Assembly (NCBI GenBank): GCA_044229145.1
Contig: JBGATO010000033.1
Span: 1 to 39,387 of the forward strand
Reading direction: 5' to 3'
Length of the DNA: 39,387 nt
Origin: Candidatus Eiseniibacteriota bacterium
Lineage (GTDB): Bacteria > Eisenbacteria > RBG-16-71-46 > CAZEPH01
Every line of letters starts with the position of its first letter. Position 1 is the stretch's first letter. Shown here one piece after another: positions 8,222-17,709 of this stretch. The translations under genes were made by a program, and so were the position numbers. The notes under the pieces are model-generated. The model searched no databases. It was not told where the DNA came from and worked only from the letters and a program-made list of their open reading frames with translations.

Positions 8222-11200
8222 ATGCGCTTGCCGACACAGCCTCGTCGTCTGCGTCGCGTGGCTTCCGCCGCGCGTCGGCCCACGTGGGCGCTGCTGATCG
8301 CTCTTTTGTCATATGCGCGCGGCGTCGACGCCGCGCCGAGCCGGGTGGCAGGGCCGCCGCCCGTCGTCGTTCGCCCCACGGATCCGGGGCCGCTGCTGCG
8401 AGACTGGCGTGCCGCTGAAGATGCCAAGACGCGCGCCGAGGGTGCGCGTCTGGCAGCCGCCGAGGCCGAGGCGCGGTCCGCCGGCCACGCGCGCCTCGCG
8501 GCATCCTATGCCGCCGCACGCCAGCGGCTCGCCCTGCGCTTCGCCGCGCCGGCGGTGCGCGGCGCCGCGCGTCGTCCGGCCGTCGCGTCCGCGTCCGCCG
8601 CCGGGACCATGCTTGCGCCCGCGGCGTCCGGCCCCAACCTGGCGGCGTACATCCCGCCGGGCTGGAGCGATGTGCTGGTGCCGCGTAACGACACCCTCTC
8701 CGCCGGCTCCGCCGTCATCGTGCCGGACTCGCTGCAGGGCGGCGCCAGTCTGTTCTTCCTCAACTTCGGCGAGACCAACAGCGGCGATGCGGCGACGCCC
8801 GCCTTCACCGATTCGCTGCTGCTCGACAACGCCGCGCTCACCACCTTCGGCTACGGCGGATGGTCGGCCGGCACCGTGACGGTGCAACGCAATCTCACCA
8901 TCATGAAGGCGATCGGCGGCGGGCGGCACACGCTCACCATGGTGCGCGACGCCAAGCGCCAAGTGACCGAGAGCGACGAAACCGACAATCGCTCCGATGT
9001 CCAGTACCTGTGGTCGCCGACTTCCCTGACGACGAACACGCCGGTGTCGCACGCCAAACCGCCGGCGCGCGGTACGCTGGCGTATCCCAACTGCGACGGG
9101 TACCGCGCGACCCAGAACTGGTGGGGCGCCATCGCCCTCACACCCGCCAACGCGGGCGATGACGAAGATCTCGCGCTGTTCACCGACTACCTCGACCCGA
9201 TCAACAGCTTCATGGACGAGGCGGCATTCAGCGGCGCCGGTGCCGGCTTGAGCGATGCGGTGATCGTCAACGGCAACGTCGCCGGTCAGAAGTCGACGGT
9301 GTATCCCGGCGTGACGTGGCCGGGCGGCAGTGCCGGCACCTATCAAATCGAAGCCACCGCCAACGACACGACGTTCCTCGCCGCCGGGCACTACGGCCCG
9401 TTCTCGTTCGGTGCCAACAGTCTGGTGCGCATCTACGAAGTCTCGCTGGCGCCCGGCGACTGGAACATCCGGTTGAAGAACTCCGGCGCCGCCGATCTCG
9501 ATTTCGCCATCATGCCGCCCGACATGGCGTACATGAAGAAGACCGACGCCCTGTTCTACGCGTCGGGCAACGGCGCGGGACAGGACGAATCCTTGTTCGT
9601 GCACGTCGGCGGAACGGTGGCGGCCTATTACGGCTTGCTCGTGCTGAAGCACGGCTCCGCCGACATCCCGGCGACCGCGACGTACGAGTTCTACATCGAC
9701 AACACGCCGCCGGTGGTATCGCAGTTGACGTGCGATAAACCGTCGTGGACGACGACGAACCAGTTCGCGTTCTCGTGGACCGCGAGTGATGCCGAGACCG
9801 GCGTGCGCTACGCCGCGTATTCCACCAACGGCGCCGAGACGCAGACGCAGCTGTCGTCGGTGAGCGGCGCCTTCGCGTACACGCACGGTGCCAACACGTT
9901 CTCGGTGCGCGCCGCCAACACCGCCGGCGGCTCGAGCGCGGCGCAGAGCGTGACGTTCTATTTCGACGGCAGCGCGCCGGCGACCACGGTGGGCGCCTTG
10001 CCCGCGACGATCTCGGTGGCCGATTCCATCTCGCTGCACTGGCACGCCAGCGACCTCGGCAGCGGCGCCACCACCTACGACATCGACTACAAACATGCGC
10101 CCGGCGGACAGTGGGCGCGCTGGCTCACCGCGATCACCGACACCGCGCGCGTGTTCGGCGCGGCGGCGCCCGAGCCGTTGCAGGTGGGCGTGACGTACGC
10201 ATTTCGCATTCGCGCGCACGACCTCGCCGGCAACGTCGAAGCATGGCCGGCCGACGATTCGTACGGCGATGTGTCGACCACCGCGATCCTGGTCGACAAT
10301 TCGCCGCCGACGTTGACATCGTTCAGCGTGTCGCCGCAGGTGTGGAGTAATGCGAACTGGTTCACGGTATCGTGGGCGGGGCTCGATAGCGAGTCCGGCA
10401 TCGCCTATTACGCGTACAAGACGAACGGCGCCGAGACCCAAACCACGGCGACCACGATGGCGGGAGCGTTCGCCTATCACGAAGGCCAGAACACGTTCAC
10501 GGTGCGCGCGGTGAATGGGGTGGGCGCGACCTCGACGTCGCTCACCGACACGCTCTATTACGATCCGACGTTGCCGGTGTCGGTGGTGACGCAGCTGCCG
10601 GCGACGACCAGCGACGCGACGCCGCTGGTGCTCAACTGGAGCGGTTTCGACGCGACCTCCGGTATCGGCGGCTACGATGTCGAATACCGCATCCAGCCGA
10701 GCGGCACGTGGACCGCGTGGCTCACCGCGACGACGCAGACGAGCGCGACCTTCGCGCCGGGCTCGTGGTCCTACAACTCGGTGTACGCGTTCCGCGTTCG
10801 CGCCCGCGACCGGGCCGGCAACACGGAAGCGTGGCCGGCGGACCAGAACAACGGCGACACCTACACGACGGTGACACAGCAGACCGCGGCCCCGCCGGAC
10901 GAACGCCCGCCGGCGCCGGACGCCCAACCAAGCTGGGCCCCAGGCGTGGTGGCGATGTTGGCGGCGCCGTCGCCGTCGCCGGCGCGCGGCGTCGCGCAGG
11001 TGCGCTTCGCGGTGCGCGAGGCAGGTCCGGTCACCGTCGACGTCTGGAGCGCGGGCGGGTGGCCGGTGCGTACTCTGTTTGCCGGCGATGCGGTTGCAGG
11101 CAGTTCGGTGATCCGGTGGGACCTTCGTGACGCCGCCGGCCGCGACGTGCCGAGCGGACTCTACGTCGTGCGATGCCGCGCCGCCGGCCGCACGTTGTCG

Positions 11201-11224
11201 CAGCGCCTGACGATCGCGCGCTGA
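8222..11224 (+). CDS. Large secreted cell-surface protein (~1000 aa): signal peptide, CARDB-like domain, two tandem ~190-aa Ig-like double modules, Pro/Ala linker, C-terminal FlgD-Ig-like/T9SS-type domain
   Basis: ATG at 8222 (MRLPTQPRRLRRVASAARRPTWALLIALLSYARGVDAAPS). The ORF-track start at 7961 is an R-rich extension. CARDB-like signature ...VTESDETDNRSDVQY. The internal duplication runs DNTPPVVSQLTCDKPSW...GVRYAAYSTNGAETQ...FRIRAHDLAGNVEAWPADD then DNSPPTLTSFSVSPQVW...GIAYYAYKTNGAETQ...FRVRARDRAGNTEAWPADQ. The C-terminus ends SGLYVVRCRAAGRTLSQRLTIAR. Confidence 0.75.
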   Translation: MRLPTQPRRLRRVASAARRPTWALLIALLSYARGVDAAPSRVAGPPPVVVRPTDPGPLLRDWRAAEDAKTRAEGARLAAAEAEARSAGHARLAASYAAARQRLALRFAAPAVRGAARRPAVASASAAGTMLAPAASGPNLAAYIPPGWSDVLVPRNDTLSAGSAVIVPDSLQGGASLFFLNFGETNSGDAATPAFTDSLLLDNAALTTFGYGGWSAGTVTVQRNLTIMKAIGGGRHTLTMVRDAKRQVTESDETDNRSDVQYLWSPTSLTTNTPVSHAKPPARGTLAYPNCDGYRATQNWWGAIALTPANAGDDEDLALFTDYLDPINSFMDEAAFSGAGAGLSDAVIVNGNVAGQKSTVYPGVTWPGGSAGTYQIEATANDTTFLAAGHYGPFSFGANSLVRIYEVSLAPGDWNIRLKNSGAADLDFAIMPPDMAYMKKTDALFYASGNGAGQDESLFVHVGGTVAAYYGLLVLKHGSADIPATATYEFYIDNTPPVVSQLTCDKPSWTTTNQFAFSWTASDAETGVRYAAYSTNGAETQTQLSSVSGAFAYTHGANTFSVRAANTAGGSSAAQSVTFYFDGSAPATTVGALPATISVADSISLHWHASDLGSGATTYDIDYKHAPGGQWARWLTAITDTARVFGAAAPEPLQVGVTYAFRIRAHDLAGNVEAWPADDSYGDVSTTAILVDNSPPTLTSFSVSPQVWSNANWFTVSWAGLDSESGIAYYAYKTNGAETQTTATTMAGAFAYHEGQNTFTVRAVNGVGATSTSLTDTLYYDPTLPVSVVTQLPATTSDATPLVLNWSGFDATSGIGGYDVEYRIQPSGTWTAWLTATTQTSATFAPGSWSYNSVYAFRVRARDRAGNTEAWPADQNNGDTYTTVTQQTAAPPDERPPAPDAQPSWAPGVVAMLAAPSPSPARGVAQVRFAVREAGPVTVDVWSAGGWPVRTLFAGDAVAGSSVIRWDLRDAAGRDVPSGLYVVRCRAAGRTLSQRLTIAR

Positions 11225-11244
11225 CCCGGCACATCATGGCACAG

Positions 11245-11274
11245 CGGACCGCCCCCATGCCGGGAGCGGTCCGC
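11245..11274. terminator. Hairpin between convergent genes (GCGGACCGC...GCGGTCCGC), candidate bidirectional terminator
   Basis: A 9-bp GC stem with a 12-nt loop lies 20 bp after the plus-gene stop and 30 bp after the minus-gene stop. There is no clean U-tract. Confidence 0.3.
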
Positions 11275-11302
11275 GTGTCGTGTGCGGCTTCTCTGTGGGG
11301 CG

Positions 11303-13732
11303 TTAGCGCACCATCATCACCCGCGCACTCGCCGTCCGCGTGCCGTCTTCCATGCGCGCGAGGTAGAGGCCGGCTGCCACGGTGGTGCCGTCATCCGCGC
11401 GACCATCCCAGAGCAATCCGCTGTCGCCGGTCTTGGCGGCCAGCGTGCGCACCGGGCGACCCGCCACGTCGTAGAGGCGGACGGTCATCGATCGCGCCGC
11501 CGGGGAGCCGAACGCGAGGGTGGTCGAGGCACGCGTCACGGCGGGGCGCGCCGTCAGGCTCCACGCATTGCCGGCACCCTGCATGTCCGCGCTCGCCGGG
11601 GCCACCACCGGAATGCTCCCGGTGATCGAGTTACCCGCGTCATCCGTCACCGAGTAGACCAGGACACCTTCCGCGAGGCCGGGAAGCGGCAGGCGCGCGA
11701 CGCCAGCGGCATCACTGTAACGATTCACCTGCACGTCGTTCCGCGCCGCGGCCGCGTGGCTGCTTTGCGACCCGAACTGCACCGCGGACACCTTGGCGTT
11801 CGGCACCGGGTTGTTCTGGTCATCGAGCACGATCCAGTCGAACGGCGGCGTCGTCGGACAGTCCGGGCACGCCGGGATCTGGTTCGGCACGAGCACCGAG
11901 AACGGCATCGGGTTGCTGCGGCGGATCGACATTTCGGGGTCGCCGAGCAGCAAGTACATCCACGGGTTGTCGCTGCTGTAACCGGTCTCCACCCACCACT
12001 CGGCGTTCTCGATGGCGTGCGACTGCACGACCAAGCCTTCGTCGTAGACGCCGCGGAATAGGCGCTTGTCGAGTTCGTGGTTGGCGCTGGTGAACGACGC
12101 CTGGGTGGCGCCGTAGAACGACACCGCGCCATTCGCGCCCTGCTCCATCCAGTGCTCGGCGAAGCAGTCGGTGCTCGAGAGCTTGGCGTTCGAACACGCG
12201 ATGCCCCACACCACCGGGGTGTGCGTGTTGAGCAGGCCGTCGACCAGCGTGCTGGTGTAGCTCTCCGGGACTTGGTTCCACGAGGACCACGAGCTCGACG
12301 ATCCGTGACCGCGGTAGCACACCAAGCCGCGTCCCGCATTGATATCCGCCGTCACATCCGCGTCATCGACACCGACCTGCGAGCCGTACTGCGTGTGGAA
12401 CGTCGGCACCGCCTGCGAGTACGGATAGGTGCGCACTTCCTCCTGGCAGCCTTCGTACTTGTCCGGCGCGTCTTCCTTGTGGGCGATCAGCGTGACGTCG
12501 TCGAGCCACTGCGCGAGCAACGGCATGTGATCTTCGTAGTCGAGGATGCGCTCGACCTGCGAGGCGCAGTCGGCTTCGTCGTCCACCGACAAGCGGCCGA
12601 CGTAGACTTCCTCGGCGAGATCGTCGATGCCGTCCTGGTCGGCGTCACCGTACATGTCGTCGGTTTGCGACGAGTCGGGCGACAAGCAGGTCGGCAGCAC
12701 ATCGACATCGCCCACCAGCAGGCAGTAGTGATCGCGCTCCTGCGGCGTCGCGGCGTACCACGCTTCGACGGTGTCGCGGATCGACGTGCAGGTGTTGCCG
12801 GCGCTCGGAATGACGCGCAAGGCGACCTTGAATCCGCGCGCCTTCTTCTGGTCGATGAGCGGCTGCAGTTCGTCGGCGTACTGGCTCTCGTAGACGAACA
12901 AGAAGTCGCCGTCGTACGAGATCGTGTTGATCGGGAAGTACGGCGCGACGGTCGGCCAGTTGACGAGACGCGTCTCGCATTGCGCGATGCGGTGCTTGGT
13001 GGTTGGGGGACGCGTGGTGACGCTTCCTGAGTGCGTGAAGGTGTAGCGGACCTTGCTGGGGACCTCGAGCACGCCCGTTGCCGGATTCCAGCGCACCGGG
13101 AACACGCGGCCGTGCGCCCACGGGATGGTCGCAAGCATCCGCTGGCGCGGCGCGCTCCCCGTCCCGGTGACGGACGGAAAGGAGGTCTGCTGGCCGTAGA
13201 TGCCTTCGTCGCGCGTAAACTGCAAGGGATGGCCGTCGACCGGTTCGGTTTCCGGCAACTCCTGCGGCCACACGCGGAAGCCGCTGTAGGTGTGCATGTC
13301 GAAGGGCGACGCCTGCGTCAGCGTCGCGGCCCCAGCGCTGGTTGCCAACCCGATCGCTGCCTCCATCGCAGGCAGCGCCGGGGCACCGACCTGCCCGATC
13401 GGCGCCATCCCGGGGAACTTGAGCTGCTGATAGGTCAGGCCATCAGGACCTTGGATCTCCTCGACCCAGAATCCAGCGATGTGAACCTCCACCACCGTCT
13501 GCTGCGGCGACGATGCCGCGCGGTCGAGCACGATCGTGGAGGGTGTACCGGGGGCCGCGCCGCTCACGACGTCGATCCAGTCGCCGTGCGTTGCCCACGC
13601 GGTGGCGGACAGCAGGGTCGACGCGGCGATACTCATCAATGCCAGGCCCAGCCGGCGGCTGGCGCGGGGAGCGCGGAACGGCAGGGGACGAAACACGGTG
13701 CACCTCCAGTGAATTGTCGCGCGGCGCGGCAT
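11303..13732 (-). CDS. Secreted peptidase C25 (gingipain-like cysteine protease) family protein with C-terminal FlgD-Ig-like/T9SS-type domain
   Basis: C25-like core VCYRGHGSSSSWSSW ... PVVWGIACSNAKLSSTDCFAEHWME (His in GHG, Cys in IAC-S). Long Arg-rich signal peptide ...RRLGLALMSIAASTLLSATAWA. Start chosen at the ATG preceded by GAGGTG (13732). Alternatives are GTG at 13768 and ATG at 13636. The C-terminus ends AGLYLARMEDGTRTASARVMMVR. Confidence 0.7.
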   Translation of the reverse strand: MPRRATIHWRCTVFRPLPFRAPRASRRLGLALMSIAASTLLSATAWATHGDWIDVVSGAAPGTPSTIVLDRAASSPQQTVVEVHIAGFWVEEIQGPDGLTYQQLKFPGMAPIGQVGAPALPAMEAAIGLATSAGAATLTQASPFDMHTYSGFRVWPQELPETEPVDGHPLQFTRDEGIYGQQTSFPSVTGTGSAPRQRMLATIPWAHGRVFPVRWNPATGVLEVPSKVRYTFTHSGSVTTRPPTTKHRIAQCETRLVNWPTVAPYFPINTISYDGDFLFVYESQYADELQPLIDQKKARGFKVALRVIPSAGNTCTSIRDTVEAWYAATPQERDHYCLLVGDVDVLPTCLSPDSSQTDDMYGDADQDGIDDLAEEVYVGRLSVDDEADCASQVERILDYEDHMPLLAQWLDDVTLIAHKEDAPDKYEGCQEEVRTYPYSQAVPTFHTQYGSQVGVDDADVTADINAGRGLVCYRGHGSSSSWSSWNQVPESYTSTLVDGLLNTHTPVVWGIACSNAKLSSTDCFAEHWMEQGANGAVSFYGATQASFTSANHELDKRLFRGVYDEGLVVQSHAIENAEWWVETGYSSDNPWMYLLLGDPEMSIRRSNPMPFSVLVPNQIPACPDCPTTPPFDWIVLDDQNNPVPNAKVSAVQFGSQSSHAAAARNDVQVNRYSDAAGVARLPLPGLAEGVLVYSVTDDAGNSITGSIPVVAPASADMQGAGNAWSLTARPAVTRASTTLAFGSPAARSMTVRLYDVAGRPVRTLAAKTGDSGLLWDGRADDGTTVAAGLYLARMEDGTRTASARVMMVR

Positions 13733-13835
13733 CGCACCTCGATACCGTAGTCCGCGAGCGTACGGCACCTATGTCGCCGGAGGCCTGTAGACGTTGGCAG
13801 AAATCGCAACAATACGACAATTGCTGGAACGGCAA

Positions 13836-14654
13836 TTACTTACCGAGTTCCCCCGCGACCTTCGCGGTGGTCTCCACGGCGCGGGCCAACACGGACCGGA
13901 TGCGGCCATCCTCGAGTGCCAGGATGCCGGCGATGGTGCAGCCGGCAGGCGTCGTCACATCGTCCTTGAGCGCGGCCGGATGGCGGCCGGTGGCGAGCAC
14001 CATCTCGCCGGCGCCGAGGGTCATCTGCGCTACCAACTCGGTGGCGACGTCGCGCGGCAATCCGCGCATCACGCCGCCATCGGCCAACGCTTCGATGATG
14101 AGATAGATGAACGCCGGGCCGCTCGCGGTGAGGCCGGTCACGGTGTCCATGTGGCGTTCCTCGAGTTCGCTCACGCGCCCGAGTGGCTCGAACAACCGGC
14201 GCGCCAGCGCCACGTGGTCGTCGGTGGCGCGCGGGCCGCGCGACAGCACCGTCATGCCCTTGCCGATGAAGCACGGCGTGTTGGGCATCGCGCGGACGAT
14301 CGGCGCGACGCCACCAATCAGCGCGTCGAGATGCGCCGTCGAAATCCCCGCCGCGATGCAGACGACCAGCGGCGCGTGCGAGAGCGCGCCACGTGCCGCG
14401 AGCACGCTCAGCGCCTTGTCGACATCCTTCGGTTTCACGCACACCAAGACGACATCCGCGTCGCGCACCGCGTCGACGTTGTCGGTGAGACAGCGCACGC
14501 CGACTTCGGCGCCGTGCTTCTCGGCGCCGGCGCGTGTGCGTTCGGTGGCGACGATGTCGTCGGCGCGCATCGCGCCGCCGCGCAGTAGGCCGGTGACGAT
14601 CGCCTGTCCCATCTTTCCGAGGCCGAGCACGGCCACCCGCGGCGACGCATTCAT
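13836..14654 (-). CDS. proC: Pyrroline-5-carboxylate reductase
   Basis: MNASPRVAVLGLGKMGQAIVTGLL is the NAD(P)-binding GxGxxG start. The ProC dimerisation region is conserved. The ATG overlaps the TGA of the upstream SDR gene (ATGA). The ORF-track start at 14978 is an out-of-context extension. Confidence 0.85.
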   Translation of the reverse strand: MNASPRVAVLGLGKMGQAIVTGLLRGGAMRADDIVATERTRAGAEKHGAEVGVRCLTDNVDAVRDADVVLVCVKPKDVDKALSVLAARGALSHAPLVVCIAAGISTAHLDALIGGVAPIVRAMPNTPCFIGKGMTVLSRGPRATDDHVALARRLFEPLGRVSELEERHMDTVTGLTASGPAFIYLIIEALADGGVMRGLPRDVATELVAQMTLGAGEMVLATGRHPAALKDDVTTPAGCTIAGILALEDGRIRSVLARAVETTAKVAGELGK

Positions 14655-15397
14655 CCGATGTGCACTCCACCATTCACGTTGATCGTCTCGCCCGTGACGT
14701 ATCCGGCGGCCGGCGAGCACAGGAAGGCGATGACCGCCGCGATCTCCTCCGGCTCGGCGACGCGGCGCAACGGAATCGTCGCCGCGATGGCCGCTTCCTT
14801 CGTGGCGAACGACGCCGCGTTCATGTCGGTGCGCGTGTAGCCGGGCGAGACGGCGTTGCAGGTGATGCCGCGCGGACCGAACTCGCGCGCCCACGATCGT
14901 GTCAACCCGATGAGTCCGGCCTTGGCGCCGGCGTAGTGCGAGCCGTGATCCGATCCGGACATCGCGCGCAGCGAACACACGTTGACGATGCGGCCGTTGC
15001 CGCAGGCGAGCAGATCCGGCAGCGCCGCGCGCGTGACCAAGTACGCCGACGTGAGGTTGCCGCGCAGCGCGCGTTCGAAGTCGGCGAGCTCGAGCGCGTC
15101 GAGATCGGCGTGCTGATTCCAGCCGGCGTTATTGACGACGATGCCGATGGCGCCGAGTTGCTCGCGCGTTTCGTAAACCAGGAAGGCGACGTCGTCCGGC
15201 TGTGTGACGTCGGCGCGAATCGCCACCGCGGTGCCGCCGGCTCCACGGATGGCGGCGACGGTGCGCTCCGCGGCGTCCGCATCACGCACGTAGTTGACGG
15301 CCACCGGATGTCCGGCGGCGGCGAGCGCGCGCGCGGTGGCGGCGCCGATGCCGCGCGAACTGCCGGTCACCACAGCGACGGATCGATCGGTTGTCAT
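14651..15397 (-). CDS. SDR-family oxidoreductase (FabG-like 3-oxoacyl-ACP reductase family)
   Basis: TGSSRGIGAATARALAAAGHPVAV (TGxxxGIG cofactor motif), NNAG, catalytic S...YxxxK (SHYAGAKAG), ~248 aa. It is translationally coupled to proC. Confidence 0.85.
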   Translation of the reverse strand: MTTDRSVAVVTGSSRGIGAATARALAAAGHPVAVNYVRDADAAERTVAAIRGAGGTAVAIRADVTQPDDVAFLVYETREQLGAIGIVVNNAGWNQHADLDALELADFERALRGNLTSAYLVTRAALPDLLACGNGRIVNVCSLRAMSGSDHGSHYAGAKAGLIGLTRSWAREFGPRGITCNAVSPGYTRTDMNAASFATKEAAIAATIPLRRVAEPEEIAAVIAFLCSPAAGYVTGETINVNGGVHIG

Positions 15398-15450
15398 GGC
15401 ACCGCGAGCCTCCGAACGTCGAACGACACGGAGGCTCCACTCTACTGCAC

Positions 15451-15485
15451 GGCGCCGCGCGGTGTCAGGACCGCCGCGCGGCGCC
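15451..15485 (-). terminator. 12-bp perfect GC hairpin (GGCGCCGCGCGG...CCGCGCGGCGCC) just downstream of the last gene of the 18422->15494 operon
   Basis: Stem-loop starts ~10 nt past the stop of the OM barrel gene. A second 9-bp hairpin (GAGCCTCCG...CGGAGGCTC) lies at ~15403-15437 next to the SDR gene RBS. Confidence 0.35.
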
Positions 15486-15493
15486 GCCGCGCG

Positions 15494-16471
15494 CTACCAC
15501 GCCACGGTGATCGACGACTGCACGCTCGACTTCTCCTTCTGCGTGCCGTTCAGGTGCTGCCAGACAGGGAAATAGCCGACGACACGCAACAGCGCGCCGG
15601 GCGCTACCCGCACCTGCACGCCGGGCGTCGCGAACGCCACCTCGCCGCCGGTCTCGAGCAGGTAGCCGTTCGGATCGGTGTCGCCGTGCGTCGGACGCGG
15701 GGTGCCAGAGCCCGGCGCCCGCGGTGCGCCCATCGCCTCGCTCATGTCGGCGTGGCGATCGCGCCGTGCCGTCCGTCCGGCGACGCCGACCAGCGCCGAG
15801 ACGGCCGGGCTCAGGTGCCGGCCGATCTCCGACGTGAACAGCACGCCGCGCCCATACGTGAAGTGATGCGCGTTGGCGCCGAACGTCCTGGCCGTCAGCG
15901 AGCCGTAGAGCCATGCCTTCGCCTCGCTGTAGGTGAGCGCCACGCCGGCGCTGCCCGACCACGCGCCGGTGCCGGGCTGCACGTGCTCATCGAGCCGCGC
16001 GCCCTCCTGCATCACGTCGTTGGCGCCGCTCGGCAGGCCGACGCCGCCGATCGCGGTGAGCGTGGTGGCGTGTGCGTGCGTGCGGTGCGCCACGAGATCG
16101 ACGCGCGCTTGCAGCTCGATGTCACCGAGCGAGGAGGCGTCGTCTGTCACCTGCGTGTCGCCATCGAGGATGCTGCGATGGACGATCGCCGGCACGATGG
16201 CGCGCGCGACGAGCCGCGGCGAGGGCGCGTACGCGACGATCAGCGCCGCGCGGCGCTCCTTCTCGTCGCTGAATTCGGTGGGATCGTTCGGCACGCCGAG
16301 GGTTTGCCCCGCACTGCGGAACTCCACCGTGGCCCGCCACTGCCCGGCGCGGGCGAACTGGAGACCGAGGTTGGTCAATCCCGTATCGCCGCAGCCGCAC
16401 GCCGAACAGGCGAACGCCACGCGCGGGGCGATCGCCACGCTGGCGATCAGGACGAGTGCGACTCGTTTCAT
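15494..16471 (-). CDS. Outer-membrane beta-barrel protein (MetA-pathway/transporter-family-like) with Cys-x2-Cys-x-Cys at the mature N-terminus
   Basis: Signal peptide MKRVALVLIASVAIAPRVAFA|CSACGCGD. The body shows an alternating hydrophobic pattern and a C-terminal aromatic (…SSITVAW). The start codon overlaps the upstream lipoprotein's stop (ATGA). Confidence 0.6.
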   Translation of the reverse strand: MKRVALVLIASVAIAPRVAFACSACGCGDTGLTNLGLQFARAGQWRATVEFRSAGQTLGVPNDPTEFSDEKERRAALIVAYAPSPRLVARAIVPAIVHRSILDGDTQVTDDASSLGDIELQARVDLVAHRTHAHATTLTAIGGVGLPSGANDVMQEGARLDEHVQPGTGAWSGSAGVALTYSEAKAWLYGSLTARTFGANAHHFTYGRGVLFTSEIGRHLSPAVSALVGVAGRTARRDRHADMSEAMGAPRAPGSGTPRPTHGDTDPNGYLLETGGEVAFATPGVQVRVAPGALLRVVGYFPVWQHLNGTQKEKSSVQSSITVAW

Positions 16472-17709
16472 TGCACGACCTCCGTGACGAGGGGGAGCCG
16501 CGGCGTCACCATCCCCACGCCGCCATTGTGGATGTACCAGACGCGTGCCGACGTGCGGCCCGCCGCCTCACCTTCGAAGTGCCAGGAGAAGCGTTCGCCG
16601 AAGTCGTGCGCCGGGTGGGTGAGGACGTGTGCGATGCCGCCGTCGGCGATGTCGAACACGAGAGCGTCGCCGGCCGTACTCGGGGTCACCGCCACGCACG
16701 CGTCGTCGACGAGCTGGAACTTGAAGTGCTCCGACAGCGTGCCGAGCGGCGCCTGCAGGTAGCCGGGATCGGTGAGGTGCGCGCCGCAAGCATCGACGAG
16801 CGCACCGTTGCGCACCGTCACCTGCCACACGCCGTTGCGCTTGAACGTGCAGGTCGCGTCGCTCTCGCGCACCGTCGGCGGAGCGACGATCAGCGGAATC
16901 GCGCCGCTCGCGTATTCGGTCGTCTGTCCGTAGCGCAGTTCCAGCCACACCACGGTGGCGCCAGCGTGTTTGCCGCGCACGCGGACGCGCCACGGGGCGC
17001 CGGTCACCGGTTCGACCTCCGCGATCGGCGCATCGCGCACCAACACGCGCATGCTGTAGAGCGGCGACGCGGGCCGCACCGTCGCGCGGCCCGCGTCGAG
17101 GAATTGCACGTCGAGCTCGCCGGTCGTGCTGTCCTGCCACGTGACGATGGCGCCGGTGGCGAGATCGGGGCCAAGCGTCGCGTCGTAGTTCCAGGTTGCC
17201 CACGTGGCGCCGTTGCGGACGATCTGGGCGGCACTCACCGGTGCGCGCACGTGCGACGCCTCCGCCGAGATGACGATCGGAATGTCGGCGAGCGCGAAGT
17301 GCACGCTGCCGCCGCGCAGCAGGCAGACGCGCAGTGACGTCGTGCCGGGCTCCGCACCATGCAGCGAGAAGCTCCAGCGTCCCGTGGTGTCGAGCGTGAC
17401 GGTGGCGACGGTGGAGTCTGCGCTGCCCGCCTGAATCGCCCAGTCGGCACACGCGGCAGCGGGTTGCGCGAGTGGTGCGCCCGCGGCGTCGAGCCACGTC
17501 ACGCCGTACGGACCGGCAGCGTCGCCGGTTCGCAGCACCAGCGAGCCGTGCACGCCGGTACTGTCGACGACGACGAGCGTGCTCTCGCCGAGGCTGATGC
17601 GGACGCCCGCCGGCGAGACCACGGACGGACACAGCACGGCGTCGTTCGTGCATCCGGCGGTTGCGCAAGCGACGGCCGCCGCCCACGCGAGAATGGCGAG
17701 TTGCCTCAT
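16468..17709 (-). CDS. Lipoprotein with Big_2-like Ig modules and a His-rich C-terminal segment, function unknown
   Basis: MRQLAILAWAAAVACATAGC is a lipobox-like signal. The ATG overlaps the stop of the upstream gene (ATGA). Its modules resemble those of the preceding 238-aa protein. C-terminal HVLTHPAHDFGERFSWHFEGE. Confidence 0.65.
   Translation of the reverse strand: MRQLAILAWAAAVACATAGCTNDAVLCPSVVSPAGVRISLGESTLVVVDSTGVHGSLVLRTGDAAGPYGVTWLDAAGAPLAQPAAACADWAIQAGSADSTVATVTLDTTGRWSFSLHGAEPGTTSLRVCLLRGGSVHFALADIPIVISAEASHVRAPVSAAQIVRNGATWATWNYDATLGPDLATGAIVTWQDSTTGELDVQFLDAGRATVRPASPLYSMRVLVRDAPIAEVEPVTGAPWRVRVRGKHAGATVVWLELRYGQTTEYASGAIPLIVAPPTVRESDATCTFKRNGVWQVTVRNGALVDACGAHLTDPGYLQAPLGTLSEHFKFQLVDDACVAVTPSTAGDALVFDIADGGIAHVLTHPAHDFGERFSWHFEGEAAGRTSARVWYIHNGGVGMVTPRLPLVTEVVQ

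Noticed and set aside
7540-8418. 292-aa plus-strand ORF filling the long 7505-8221 intergenic region
   Set aside because: It has a GTG start without RBS and an R/A/P-rich composition. It runs into the confident 8222 gene in another frame. The space is more likely a non-coding leader or regulatory region.
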